A DNA stretch of 64,000 nucleotides from Eutreptiella sp. 'Long Island Sound 2002'. Lineage: Eukaryota; Protista; Euglenida. The position numbers and the translations under genes were made by a program. The stretch lies in contig OZ038378.1 of NCBI GenBank assembly GCA_964036045.1, forward strand, positions 30,194,001 through 30,258,000, read 5' to 3'. A model generated the notes under the pieces. It saw only the letters and a list, made by a program, of their open reading frames with translations. It made no database searches and was not told where the DNA came from. Shown in pieces: positions 35,023-49,800 of the stretch. Every line of letters begins with the position of its first letter. The stretch's first letter is position 1.

Positions 35023-37701
35023 CATAAAGAGAGAGAAAGAGAGAGAGAGAGAGAGGGGGGGGGGGAAGGGAAGGGAGGGGAAGGGCCTCAAGCGTCGGAA
35101 CCATCCTCCCGCTCGTCGCATGCCCTCTTCCCCCTACTCTGGAACGAGCACGCTTCTTTGGCCGGGATGCTTGTGACCTTGTCACACCATAGGCTGCTGG
35201 CCCTTCGGACATGGATTCCGATGGCACATAGTCACTGGTGCCAGATGGGGTGCTACTGCTGGACGATGCACTACTACTGAAGGAGGCCTTGGTGGTAGAG
35301 GTACGGTAGCTACTGCTGCCACATAAACTACTACCCCGGTTTGCCGCAAAGAGAAGAGCACGGAGAGCAGTGGGCAGGGCCAACGGCGTAGCCGGCTTTG
35401 CCTTTGGTGGCAATGGGGCCTGGAAACTATGGAAGGCTTGCAACACTTTTTTTTTCTCTTTGCTGCAACCTGCGTAGTTCTGAGTCACACTGGGTTGCGC
35501 TTGTGCAATGTGGTGTGGGATGGCGTAGGTTCAATGCCATTTCCGGCAATCAACCACCGTGCAGTGAACTGGTAGATTGGTGGTCGGGCTCGTGGAGGGG
35601 CAACGCCAAAAAGAAGGTGTGGGCGGTAGTCATCAAAATCTCCTCACATTCTGATGCTCGGACTAAAAGACGGATTGTAACCATAAAGTTGATATCTCGG
35701 TCACTTGGTAGTACTAATCTGTCACGCCAAAACAGTGAGTATGTGCAAAGAACCGTGGAGGAGACATACGGGGGTAAAAAAAAGGCAATCACCTTCGGGG
35801 CTCATCGCGTGCCCTCTTCCCGCTAGTTTGGAACGAGCGTGCTTCTTTGGCCGGGATGCTTGTGACCTTGTCACACCATAGGCTGCTGGTCCTTCGGACA
35901 TGGATTCCGATGGCACATAGTCACTGGTGCCACACGGGGTACTACTGTTGGACGATGCAATAGTACTGGAGGAGCTGAATGTACGTGAGCCCTCACTCGT
36001 GCTACGATTGTGTGTAAGTGTGTAAATGTGCGTGGGTATGTCTTGCGGCTCTACATGGTTGTGTTACGTGCCCATCAAAAACAACAGATCGTAGCACTTT
36101 CTTTTGCGGTGTTCATTGAGGTGTTGATGAAATAGCACAACATGCCTTATTGCAAATTTCTCCCCCGAAAATAATTGTGTGCACTCCGGATGCACAATGT
36201 GCCACACAACGTTTGTCCCCTCCCCCCACCATGACAAAATGTTGGTCCCACCGTCACATATTGTTGCTTTATCCCCTACATCATAGGGTGCCCACTCCCA
36301 TGGCATAAGTGTTTTGAATCATTTCGCACTTTGATGGTCGGTCATAGGGTGCCCCCTCCCATGACACAACGTTGCAATCGATTTGCACTTCCTTGGACAA
36401 CTCGTCATAGTGGGAGTCAGGGTCAAATAGTGAGTTGATGTCAATGAGACAGGGCTTCTTTCACTTGGAGAAATGCCCCTATGGACCATAGGGTTGGTAC
36501 TTGGTGTTGCTTTGGGATAGTGATGGCAATACCAACAATCCCAATGCATGCAATATGTGGTCCAACGGTGAAACATTGCAGGTTGTTGCCGCAAGAGGGG
36601 TTGGGGGTACAAATGTTTGTGTGTGTGGTGACGGCACCTTGCCGTAGGGGAGACTGGCATACCGTCGTGCATAAGGGTGGCACATGCTAGGAACTAGCTT
36701 TTGTGCGGGTATGGATAGCCCTAACACTACACCTCTTGCAAATTTGATACCATTTGTTGTCTTGCACACATGTACGCGACTTGTCTCCGTTTGTTCGGGC
36801 ATATTTGCAGAAAACAGTGCACTTGTACCCTCATCCCTGACCCTTGGGCTCTAGATCTATGTGTTGCCGCCTGAACCAAACCATCCTCCACCCTTGAACC
36901 CCCCATGAGAATGTTGTGTTATGGGAGCGCTTCCTGCACACTGCAAGCGCTGCCATGTAATTAATGTACACTGGCTAGAAGGGATTTTTTTTGCCTTCTT
37001 GACACTCAAGGTGTTGATGAGTGTACTCGGGAGAACCCAGGAAAGCAAAAGGTCCATTCATGTACAGCACGGGTGCATCCAAAAACTGAGCGGAATAGAG
37101 GCCCACGAAGCGTGCTGGCTTAACATGTGGTGATCCCTAGTACAATAGTGTAGGCGGTCTGCCACACCCAACGGGCGGCAATTTATGTGGAGGCATGTAG
37201 TATGAGGTACCGAATGTCCTACTGGCGTGGTATCTTGGCGCAGCATGTACGGTGTCAGTGCAGAGTTACATGGATTAATACGTTGGTGGTGCTTGACTCG
37301 ACATGCTGGCGTGTTTTGCCTTATCGGTGTGCATCTATGCCATTCGGTGCACATTGTGTATACCCATATTGCCGGACACGGTATGCAATGGTAACATGAG
37401 GAGCAAGTGAAACGGCATTCAGTGCAGCCACGGGGGCCGCCGCTAACCAACGTACTGTGGGGCGTGCAACTATTTTGGGGAGTGTAGGGGGCGGGCGGCG
37501 GGGGGGGGGGGGGCTCATTGACCCAAAGCAAGCACCTTTTCGTCGGGCACCTCCGAATGGATGCGTGTGTTCAAACAGAGAAAGCGAAGAAAACTCACTG
37601 CGTTGTGGATGTCTAAAAAGAAACGGTGGTGACATTCCCGAGGGTGTCATGGGATCAGAGCTACAAAACACATACGTACATACATACATACATACATACA
37701 T

Positions 37702-37738
<37 letters not shown>

Positions 37739-40389
37739 CAGAGGGGGAAGGGAAGGGAGGGGAAGGGCCTCAAGCGTCGGAACCATCCTCCCACTCGTCG
37801 CATGCCCTCTTCCCCCTACTCTGGAACGAGCACGCTTCTTTGGCCGGGATGCTTGTGACCTTGTCACAGCATAGGCTGCTGGCCCTTCGGACATGGATTC
37901 CGATGGCACATAGTCATTGGTGCCAGATGGGGTGCTACTGCTGGACGATGCACTACTACTGGAGGAGGCCTTGGTGGTAGAGGTACGGTAGCTACTGCTG
38001 CCACATAAACTACCACCCCGGTTTGCCCCAAAGAGAAGAGCAAGGAGAGCAGTGGGTAGGGCCAACGGCGTAGCCGGCTTTGCCTTTGGTGGCAGTGGGG
38101 CCTGGAAACTATGGAAGGCTTGCAACACTTTTTTTTTCTCTTTGCTGCAACCTGCGTAGTTCTGAGTGACACTGGGTTGCGCTTGTGCAACGTGGTGTGG
38201 GATGGCGTAGGTTCAATGCCATTTCCGGCAATCAACCACCGTGCAGTGAACCGGTAGATTGGTGGTCGGGCTCGTGGAGGGGCAACGCCAAAAAGAAGGT
38301 GTGGGCGGTAGTCATCAAAATCTCCTCACATTCTGATGCTCGGACTAAAAGACGGATTGTAACCATAAAGTTGATATCTCGGTCACTTGGTAGTACTGAT
38401 CTGTCACGCCAAAACAGTGAGTATGTGCAAAGAACCGTGGAGGAGACATACGGGGGTAAAAAAAAGGCAATCACCTTCGGGGCTCATCGCGTGCCCTCTT
38501 CCCGCTAGTTTGGAACGAGCGTGCTTCTTTGGCCGGGATGCTTGTGACCTTGTCACACCATAGGCTGCTGGTCCTTCGGACATGGATTCCGATGGCACAT
38601 AGTCACTGGTGCCACACGGGGTACTACTGTTGGACGATGCAATAGTACTGGAGGAGCTGAATGTACGTGAGCCCTCACTCGTGCTACGATTGTGTGTAAG
38701 TGTGTAAATGTGCGTGGGTATGTCTTGCGGCTCTACATGGTTGTGTTACGTGCCCATCAAAAACAACAGATCGTAGCACTTTCTTTTGCGGTGTTCATTG
38801 AGGTGTTGATGAAATAGCACAACATGCCTTATTGCAAATTTCTCCCCCGAAAATAATTGTGTGCACTCCGGATGCACAATGTGCCACACAACGTTTGTCC
38901 CCTCCCCCCACCATGACAAAATGTTGGTCCCACCGTCACATATTGTTGCTTTATCCCCTACATCATAGGGTGCCCACTCCCATGGCATAAGTGTTTTGAA
39001 TCATTTCGCACTTTGATGGTCGGTCATAGGGTGCCCCCTCCCATGACACAACGTTGCAATCGATTTGCACTTCCTTGGACAACTCGTCATAGTGGGAGTC
39101 ATGGTCAAATAGTGAGTTGATGTCAATGAGACAGGGCTTCTTTCACTTGGAGAAATGCCCCTATGGACCATAGGGTTGGTACTTGGTGTTGCTTTGGGAT
39201 AGTGATGGCAATACCAACAATCCCAATGCATGCAATATGTGGTCCAACGGTGAAACATTGCAGGTTGTTGCCGCAAGAGGGGTTGGGGGTACAAATGTTT
39301 GTGTGTGTGGTGACGGCACCTTGCCGTAGGGGAGACTGGCATACCGTCGTGCATACCGTCGGGTGGCACATGCTAGGAACTAGCTTTTGTGCGGGTATGG
39401 ATAGCCCTAACACTACACCTCTTGCAAATTTGATACCATTTGTTGTCTTGCACACATGTACGCGACTTGTCTCCGTTTGTTCGGGCATATTTGCAGAAAA
39501 CAGTGCACTTGTACCCTCATCCCTGACCCTTGGGCTCTAGATCTATGTGTTGCCGCCTAAACCAAACCATCCTCCACCCTTGAACCCCCCATGAGAATGT
39601 TGTGTTATGGGAGCGCTTCCTGCACACTGCAAGCGCTGCCATGTAATTAATGTACACTGGCTAGAAGGGATTTTTTTTGCCTTCTTGACACTCAAGGTGT
39701 TGATGAGTGTACTCGGGAGAACCCAGGAAAGCAAAAGGTCCATTCATGTACAGCACGGGTGCATCCAAAAACTGAGCGGAATAGAGGCCCACGAAGCGTG
39801 CTGGCTTAACATGTGGTGATCCCTAGTACAATAGTGTAGGCGGTCTGCCACACCCAACGGGCGGCAATTTATGTGGAGGCATGTAGTATGAGGTACCGAA
39901 TGTCCTACTGGCGTGGTATCTTGGCGCAGCATGTACGGTGTCAGTGCAGAGTTACATGGATTAATACGTTGGTGGTGCTTGACTCGACATGCTGGCGTGT
40001 TTTGCCTTATCGGTGTGCATCTATGCCATTCAGTGCACATTGTGTATACCCATATTGCCGGACACGGTATGCAATGGTAACATGAGGAGCAAGTGAAACA
40101 GCATTCAGTGCAGCCACGGGGGCCGCCGCTAACCAACGTACTGTGGGGCGTGCAACTATTTTGGGGAGTGTAGGGGGCGGGCGGCGGGGGGGGGGGGGGC
40201 TCATTGACCCAAAGCAAGCACCTTTTCGTCGGGCACCTCCGAATGGATGCGTGTGTTCAAACAGAGAAAGCGAAGAAAACTCACTGCGTTGTGGATGTCT
40301 AAAAAGAAACGGTGGTGACATTCCCGAGGGTGTCATGCGATCAGAGCTACAAAACACATACGTACATACATACATACATACATACATAA

Positions 40390-40431
<42 letters not shown>

Positions 40432-43400
40432 GGGGAAGGGAAGGGAGGGGAAGGGCCTCAAGCGTCGGAACCATCCTCCCACTCGTCGCATGCCCTCTTC
40501 CCCCTACTCTGGAACGAGCACGCTTCTTTGGCCGGGATGCTTGTGACCTTGTCACACCATAGGCTGCTGGCCCTTCGGACATGGATTCCGATGGCACATA
40601 GTCATTGGTGCCAGATGGGGTGCTACTGCTGGACGATGCACTACTACTGAAGGAGGCCTTGGTGGTAGAGGTACGGTAGCTACTGCTGCCACATAAACTA
40701 CCACCCCGGTTTGCCCCAAAGAGAAGAGCAGGGAGAGCAGTGGGTAGGGCCAACGGCGTAGCCGGCTTTGCCTTTGGTGGCAGTGGGGCCTGGAAACTAT
40801 GGAAGGCTTGCAACACTTTTTTTTTCTCTTTGCTGCAACCTGCGTAGTTCTGAGTCACACTGGGTTGCGCTTGTGCAACGTGGTGTGGGATGGCGTAGGT
40901 TCAATGCCATTTCCGGCAATCAACCACCGTGCAGTGAACCGGTAGATTGGTGGTCGGGCTCGTGGAGGGGCAACGCCAAAAAGAAGGTGTGGGCGGTAGT
41001 CATCAAAATCTCCTCACATTCTGATGCTCGGACTAAAAGACGGATTGTAACCATAAAGTTGATATCTCGGTCACTTGGTAGTACTAATCTGTCACGCCAA
41101 AACAGTGAGTATGTGCAAAGAACCGTGGAGGAGACATACGGGGGTAAAAAAAAGGCAATCACCTTCGGGGCTCATCGCGTGCCCTCTTCCCGCTACTTTG
41201 GAACGAGCATGCTTCTTTGGCCGGGATGCTTGTGACCTTGTCACACCATAGGCTGCTGGTCCTTCGGACATGGATTCCGATGGCACATAGTCACTGGTGC
41301 CACACGGGGTACTACTGTTGGACGATGCAATAGTACTGGAGGAGCTGAATGTACGTGAGCCCTCACTCGTGCTACGGTTGTGTGTAAGTGTGTAAATGTG
41401 CGTGGGTATGTCTTGCGGCTCTACATGGTTGTGTTACGTGCCCATCAAAAACAACAGATCGTAGGGCTTTCTTTTGCGGTGTTCATTGAGGTGTTGATGA
41501 AATAGCACAACATGCCTTATTGCAAATTTCTCCCCCGAAAATGATTGTGTGCACTCCGGATGCACAATGTGCCACACAACGTTTGTCCCCTCCCCCCACC
41601 ATGACAAAATGTTGGTCCCACCGTCACATATTGTTGCTTTATCCGCTACATCATAGGGTGCCCACTCCCATGGCATAAGTGTTTTGAATCATTTCGCACT
41701 TTGATGGTCGGTCATAGGGTGCCCCCTCCCATGACACAACGTTTCAATCGATTTGCACTTCCTTGGACAACTCGTCATAGTGGGAGTCAGGGTCAAATAG
41801 TGAGTTGATGTCAATGAGACAGGGCTTCTTTCACTTGGAGAAATGCCCCTATGGACCATAGGGTTGGTACTTGGTGTTGCTTTGGGATAGTGATGGCAAT
41901 ACCAACAATCCCAATGCATGCAATATGTGGTCCAACGGGGAAACATTGCAGGTTGTTGCCGCAAGAGGGGTTGGGGGTACAAATGTTTGTGTGTGTGGTG
42001 ACGGCACCTTGCCGTAGGGGAGACTGGCATACCGTCGTGCATAAGGGTGGCACATGCTAGGAACTAGCTTTTGTGCGGGTATGGATAGCCCTAACACTAC
42101 ACCTCTTGCAAATTTGATACCATTTGTTGTCTTGCACACATGTACGCGACTTGTCTCCGTTTGTTCGGGCATATTTGCAGAAAACAATGCACTTGTACCC
42201 TCATCCCTGACCCTTGGGCTCTAGATCTATGTGTTGCCGCCTGAACCAAACCATCCTCCACCCTTGAACCTCCCATGAGAATGTTGTGTTATGGGAGCGC
42301 TTCCTGCACACTGCAAGCGCTGCCATGTAATTAATGTACACTGGCTAGAAGGGATTTTTTTTGCCTTCTTGACACTCAAGGTGTTGATGAGTGTACTCGG
42401 GAGAACCCAGGAAAGCAAAAGCTCCATTCATGTACAGCACGGGTGCATCCAAAAACTGAGCGGAATAGAGGCCCACGAAGCGTGCTGGCTTAACATGTGG
42501 TGATCCCTAGTACAATAGTGTAGGCGGTCTGCCACACCCAACGGGCGGCAATTTATGTGGAGGCATGGAGTATGAGGTACCGAATGTCCTACTGGCGTGG
42601 TATCTTGGCGCAGCATGTACGGTGTCAGTGCAGAGTTACATGGATTAATACGTTGGTGGTGCTTGACTCGACATGCTGGCGTGTTTTGCCTTCTCGGTGT
42701 GCATCTATGCCATTCAGTGCACATTGTGTATACCCATATTGCCGGACACGGTATGCAATGGTAACATGAGGAGCAAGTGAAACAGCATTCAGTGCAGCCA
42801 CGGGGGCCGCCGCTAACCAACGTACTGTGGGGCGTGCAACTATTTTGGGGAGTGTAGGGGGCGGGCGGCGGGGGGGGGGGGGGCTCATTGACCCAAAGCA
42901 AGCACCTTTTCGTCGGGCACCTCCGAATGGATGCGTGTGTTCAAACAGAGAAAGCGAAGAAAACTCACTGCGTTGTGGATGTCTAAAAAGAAACGGTGGT
43001 GACATTCCCGAGGGTGTCATGCGATCAGAGCTACAAAACACATACGTACATACATACATACATACATACATAAAGAGAGAGAAAGAGGGAGAGAGAGAGA
43101 GAGAGAGAGACAGAGGGGGAAGGGAAGGGAGGGGAAGGGCCTCAAGCGTCGGAACCATCCTCCCACTCGTCGCATGCCCTCTTCCCCCTACTCTGGAACG
43201 AGCACGCTTCTTTGGCCGGGATGCTTGTGACCTTGTCACACCATAGGCTGCTGGCCCTTCGGACATGGATTCCGATGGCACATAGTCACTGGTGCCAGAT
43301 GGGGTGCTACTGCTGGACGATGCACTACTACTGGAGGAGGCCTTGGTGGTAGAGGTACGGTAGCTACTGCTGCCACATAAACTACCACCCCGGTTTGCCC

Positions 43401-45755
43401 CAAAGAGAAGAGCAGGGAGAGCAGTGGGTAGGGCCAACGGCGTAGCCAGCTTTGCCTTTGGTGGCAGTGGGGCCTGGAAACTATGGAAGGCTTGCAACAC
43501 TTTTTTTTTCTCTTTGCTGCGACCTGCGTAGTTCTGAGTCACACTGGGTTGCGCTTGTGCAACGTGGTGTGGGATGGCGTAGGTTCAATGCCATTTCCGG
43601 CAATCAACCACCGTGTAGTGAACCGGTAGATTGGTGGTCGGGCTCGTGGAGGGGCAACGCCAAAAAGAAGGTGTGGGCGGTAGTCATCAAAATCTCCTCA
43701 CATTCTGATGCTCGGACTAAAAGACGGATTGTAACCATAAAGTTGATATCTCGGTCACTTGGTAGTACTAATCTGTCACGACAAAACAGTGAGTATGTGC
43801 AAAGAACCGTGGAGGAGACATACGGGGGTAAAAAAAAAGGCAATCACCTTCGGGGCTCATCGCGTGCCCTCTTCCCGCTCCTTTGGAACGAGCATGCTTC
43901 TTTGGCTGGGATGCTTGTGACCTTGTCACACCATAGGCTGCTGGCCCTTCGGACATGGATTCCGATGGCACATAGTCACTGGTGCCACACGGGGTGCTAC
44001 TGTTGGACGATGCAATAGTACTGGAGGAGCTGAATGTACGTGAGCCCTCACTCGTGCTACGATTGTGTGTAAGTGTGTAAATGTGCGTGGGTATGTCTTG
44101 CGGCTCTACATGGTTGTGTTACGTGCCCATCAAAAACAACAGATCGTAGCGCTTTCTTTTGTGGTGTTCATTGAGGTGTTGATGAAATAGCACAACATGC
44201 CTTATTGCAAATTTCTCCCCCGAAAATAATTGTGTGCACTCCGGATGCACAATGTGCCACACAACGTTTGTCCCCTCCCCCCACCATGACAAAATGTTGG
44301 TCCCACCGTCACATATTGTTGCTTTATCCCCTACATCATAGGGTGCCCACTCCCATGGCATAAGTGTTTTGAATCGTTTCGCACTTTGATGGTCGGTCAT
44401 AGGGTGCCCCCTCCCATGACACAACGTTTCAATCGATTTGCACTTCCTTGGACAACTCGTCATAGTGGGAGTCAGGGTCAAATAGTGAGTTGGTGTCAAT
44501 GAGACGGGGCTTCTTTCACTTGGAGAAATGCCCCTATGGACCATAGGGTTGGTACTTGGTGTTGCTTTGGGATAGTGATGGCAATACCAACAATCCCAAT
44601 GCATGCAATATGTGGTCCAACGGTGAAACATTGCAGGTTGTTGCCGCAAGAGGGGTTGGGGGTACAAATGTTTGTGTGTGTGGTGACGGCACCTTGCCGT
44701 AGGGGAGACTGGCATACCGTCGTGCATAAGGGTGGCACATGCTAGGAACTAGCTTTTGTGCGGGTATGGATAGCCCTAACACTACACCTCTTGCAAATTT
44801 GATACCATTTGTTGTCTTGCACACATGTACGCGACTTGTCTCCGTTTGTTCGGGCATATTTGCAGAAAACAGTGCACTTGTACCCTCATCCCTGACCCTT
44901 GGCCTCTAGATCTATGTGTTGCCGCCTGAACCAAACCATCCTCCACCCTTGAACCCCCCATGAGAATGTTGTGTTATGGGAGCGCTTCCTGCACACTGCA
45001 AGCGCTGCCATGTAATTAATGTACACGGGCTAGAACGGTTTTTTTTTTGCCTTCTTGACACTCAAGGTGTCGTTGAGTGTACTCGGGAGAACCCAGGAAA
45101 GCAAAAGGTCCATTCATGTACAGCACGGGTGCATCCAAAAACTGAGCGGAATAGAGGCCCACGAAGCGTGCTGGCTTAACATGTGGTGATCCCTAGTACA
45201 ATAGTGTACGCGGTCTGCCACACCCAACGGGCGGCAATTTATGTGGAGGCATGTAGTATGAGGTACCGAATGTCCTACTGGCGTGGTATCTTGGCGCAGC
45301 ATGTACGGTGTCAGTGCACAGTTACATGGATTAATACGTTGGTGGTGCTTGACTCGACATGCTGGCGTGTTTTGCCTTCTCGGTGTGCATCTATGCCATT
45401 CGGTGCACATTGTGTATACCCATATTGCCGGACACGGTATGCAATGGTAACATGAGGAGCAAGTGAAACAGCATTCAGTGCAGCCACGGGGGCCGCCGCT
45501 AACCAACGTACTGAGGGGCGTGCAACTATTTTGGGGAGTGTAGGGGGCGGGCGGGGGGGGGGGGGCTCATTGACCCAAAGCAAGCACCTTTTCGTCGGGC
45601 ACCTCCGAATGGATGCGTGTGTTCAAACAGAGAAAGCGAAGAAAACTCACTGCGTTGTGGATGTCTAAAAAGAAACGGTGGTGACATTCCCGAGGGTGTC
45701 ATGCGATCAGAGCTACAAAACACATACGTACATACATACATACATACATACATAA

Positions 45756-45790
<35 letters not shown>

Positions 45791-48350
45791 CAGAGGGGGA
45801 AGGGAAGGGAGGGGAAGGGCCTCAAGCGTCGGAACCATCCTCCCACTCGTCGCATGCCTTCTTCCCCCTACTCTGGAACGAGCACGCTTCTTTGGCCGGG
45901 GTGCTTGTGACCTTGTCACACCGTAGGCTGCTGGCCCTTCGGACATGGATTCCGATGGCACATAGTCACTGGTGCCAGATGGGGTGCTACTGCTGGACGA
46001 TGCACTACTACTGGAGGAGGCCTTGGTGGTAGAGGTACGGTAGCTACTGCTGCCACATAAACTACCACCCCGGTTTGCCCGGAAGAGAAGAGCAGGGAGA
46101 GCAGTGGGTAGGGCCAACGGCGTAGCCGGCTTTGCCTTTGGTGGCAGTGGGGCGTGGAAGCTATGGAAAGCTTGCAACACTTTTTTTTTCTCTTTGCTGC
46201 GACCTGCGTAGTTCTGAGTCACACTGGGTTGCGCTTGTGCAACGTGGTGTGGGATGGCGTAGGTTCAATGCCATTTCCGGCAATCAACCACCGTGTAGTG
46301 AACCGGTAGATTGGTGGTCGGGCTCGTGGAGGGGCAACGCCAAAAAGAAGGTGTGGGCGGTAGTCATCAAAATCTCCTCACATTCTGATGCTCGGACTAA
46401 AAGACGGATTGTAACCATAAAGTTGGTATCTCGGTCACTTGGTAGTACTAATCTGTCACGACAAAACAGTGAGTATGTGCAAAGAACCGTGGAGGAGACA
46501 TACGGGGGTCAAAAAAAGGCAATCACCTTCGGAACTCATCGCGTGCCCTCTTCCCCTTACTCTGGAACGAGCATGCTTCTTTGGCTGGGATGCTTGTGAC
46601 CTTGTCACACCATAGGCTGCTGGCCCTTCGGACATGGATTCCGATGGCACATAGTCACTGGTGCCACACGGGGTGCTACTGTTGGACGATGCAATAGTAC
46701 TGGAGGAGCTGAATGTACGTGAGCCCTCACTCGTGCTATGATTGTGTGTAAGTGTGTAAATGTGCGTGGGTATGTCTTGCGGCTCTACATGGTTGTGTTA
46801 CGTGCCCATCAAAAACAACAGATCGTAGCGCTTTCTTTTGCGGTGTTCATTGAGGTGTTGATGAAATAGCACAACATGCCTTATTGCAAATTTCTCCCCC
46901 GAAAATAATTGTGTGCACTCCGGATGCACAATGTGCCACACAACGTTTGTCCCCTCCCCCCACCATGACAAAATGTTGGTCCCACCGTCACATATTGTTG
47001 CTTTATCCCCTACATCATAGGGTGCCCACTCCCATGGCATAAGTGTTTTGAATCGTTTCGCACTTTGATGGTCGGTCATAGGGTGCCCCCTCCCATGACA
47101 CAACGTTTCAATCGATTTGCACTTCCTTGGACAACTCGTCATAGTGGGAGTCAGGGTCAAATAGTGAGTTGGTGTCAATGAGACAGGGCTTCTTTCACTT
47201 GGAGAAATGCCCCTATGGACCATAGGGTTGGTACTTGGTGTTGCTTTGGGATAGTGATGGCAATACCAACAATCCCAATGCATGCAATATGTGGTCCAAC
47301 GGGGAAACATTGCAAGTTGTTGCCGCAAGAGGGGTTGGGGGTACAAATGTTTGTGTGTGTGGTGACGGCACCTTGCCGTAGGGGAGACTGGCATACCGTC
47401 GTGCATAAGGGTGGCACATGCTAGGAACTAGCTTTTGTGCGGGTATGGATAGCCCTAACACTACACCTCTTGCAAATTTGATACGATTTGCTGTCTTGCA
47501 CACATGTACGCCACTTGTCTCCGTTTGTTCCGGCATATTTGCAGAAAACAGTGCACTTGTACCCTCGTCCCTGACCCTTGGGCTCTAGATCTATGTGTTG
47601 CCGCCTCAACCAAACCATCCTCCGGCCTTGAACCCGCCAATGAGAATGTTGTGTTATGGGAGCGCTTCCTGCACACTGCAAGCGCTGCCATGTAATTAGT
47701 GTACACTGGCTAGAAAAGACTTTTTTCGGACCTCGTGACGCTCAAGGTGTCATTGAGTGTACTCGGGAGAACCCAGGAAAGCAAAAGGTCCATTTATGTA
47801 CAACACGGCTGCGCCCAAAAACTTAGCGGAATAGAGGCCCAAGAAGCGTGCTGGCTTAACATGTGGTGATCCCTAGTACAATAGTGTAGGCGGTATTGCC
47901 TTTTCGCGAGCTGCAATTTATGTGGAGGCATGTAGTATGAGGTACCGAATGTCCTACTGGCGTGGTATCTTGGCGCAGCATGTACGGTGTAAGTGCAAAG
48001 TTACATGGAATAATATGGTCGTGGTGCTTGACACAGGATGCTAGCGTGTTTTGCCTTATCAGCTCGCACCTATGCCATTCAGTGCACATTGTGTATACCC
48101 ATATTGCCGGACACGGTATGCAATGGTAACACGAGGAGTCAGTGAAAAGGCGTTTGGTGTAGTCACCGGGGCCACTACTCGCCAAACGGGCGTGCAACTA
48201 TTTTGGGTGGTTTAGGGGGGGGTGGAGGCTTCGTTGACCCAAACTTAGCACCTTTTCGTTGGGCACCTCGGAACAATTGGGTATACGCAAACGAACAAAG
48301 CAAAGAAAAGTCACTGCGCTATTGATGTTTGAAGTAAATGGTGACGAAAT
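26345..48350. repeat. Macrosatellite: ~2.685-kb unit, 7 full copies plus partial/diverged copies at both ends
   Basis: Landmark aatgtacgtgagccctcactcgtgcta at 27913, 30593, 33288, 35978, 38660, 41348, 44033 and 46712 (periods 2679-2695). Each unit has a poly-G tract, (TACA)n(GA)n and an internal ~170-bp direct duplication. Confidence 0.97.
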
Positions 48351-48470
48351 TCCTCATGTGCACGGGGGGGCCCAAGTCGCAAGTTCCACGCTCGGGCAGG
48401 GATGCCATGGAGGTGAGGAGGGACTAGGGCCACATGCAGCCTTCCCTCGAAACTCTTCAGCATCAGCAAC

Positions 48471-49800
48471 ATGTCCGCCGAGCAAGATTTGATTGAGCAG
48501 ATCTTGGAACAGGTATTTTATCGTGCGTTCTAGCCATGATCTAGGGAAGCGTTCTAGTGTTGATCTAGGCAGCACGATCGGTTGGTAGAACGTTGCTAGA
48601 ACACCGCTAGAACAGTTGCCTAGAACGCCGCTAGCACGTTGCTGCGACTGTTGTTTTAGCAGCGCCAAACCGCGGAGTTGCTGGCGGAGGTGATGCGCCA
48701 GCGCACGGCCGAGGCCGAAGCCAAGCGCGAGGCAAAGCCGCCAGCGAAGCCCAAGCCCAAGCTCCAACCCCAAGCCAAACTTCCTTCTCCTCCGTTGCCA
48801 CCCCCCCCCCCCCCCTGGCCGCCAAGAAATCGGCCAACCCGGTCAAGCGGGACACGGTGGTGGAGGAGGAAGAGGAGGACGAGCTGAAGTCGCTGCGTGG
48901 AAAGCTACAAAGTCTCTCCACTTCCCTGGCGGCGCAGCGGGGGGCGAAGGCCGGGGCGGAGGCCAAGGAGGTGGCCTAAGAGGCCAAAGGTGGAGGCGCT
49001 GCGCACCCAGGGGGAGGAGGAGCGGGAGGGTTGGGCCGCCGCCAACCTGGAGAAGGCGAGGCAGAAGGTGAGGGAGAGTGACGACAACATGTGCCGCTTG
49101 GAGAGGAGCATCTGGACAATGGAGGACATCGTGGCGAAGGAGGCAAAGGTGAAGGACGACGTGGTGGATGAGGTGGTGGAGGTGGAGGTGGAGGAGACGG
49201 TGGAGGAGAAGGTGAAGAAGGAGGTGGAGGAGAAGGCGGTGGAGGAGAAGGCGGTCAGGGTGCGGCAGTGGCTGAGGGTTTTTTGGGAGGCCAGGGAGGC
49301 GGGGTCCATCCAGGACCTGCCGTGGGACCCCACCGTCCTGGCCGGCCCCCACCCCCGAAACCTCGACCAGCCCCTCCTCGTCCCCCCGGAGAGTGAGATT
49401 TGGAATATGCTTTTTTTGATGCACTGTGTGCATCACAAAATTTTAGGGTTGTGGAGGTCGGTATCGGCGGACGAGGGGGGGGGTCCACCAAGACAAACCC
49501 CTGCGGGTGGGGGGGGGGGGGGTTCCAGGGGCCTAGTGGTGGCAATTGGAGTTGCCCACAAGGAAGAGGGGGGTGGCGCCCCCCCCCCTTCGAAAAGGGG
49601 CGAAGATGTTTGAGTTGGCCGAAGTCAAATCTTCACCCGAACGAAGTCAGAACGGGGGGGGCGAGCCACCGGTGGTTCATCGCCATGTGCTGGCAGGCGA
49701 TGGGACTGGGGGGTATGGAGTGTGTTGGGAGGACGTGAACATGGACGCCGACCTAGTCCGCGATCATGGGGATTGAGGGGTTCGGCACGTCGGCCGCCAA
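48471..49800 (+). pseudogene. Unknown spliced gene A (Pro/Lys-rich, Glu-rich coiled coil), frameshifted
   Basis: Exon 48471-48512 (MSAEQDLIEQILEQ) joins in phase 0 across a GT-AG intron to QRQTAELLAEVMRQRTAEAEAK...; later ORF pieces 48897-49613 etc. with a stop and frameshifts. Confidence 0.6.
48513..48659 (+). other. GT-AG intron containing a CGCTAGAAC repeat array
   Basis: AG|GTATTT ... TTGTTTTAG|CAG, restores the reading frame; contains repeated ctagaac.ccg units. Confidence 0.75.
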
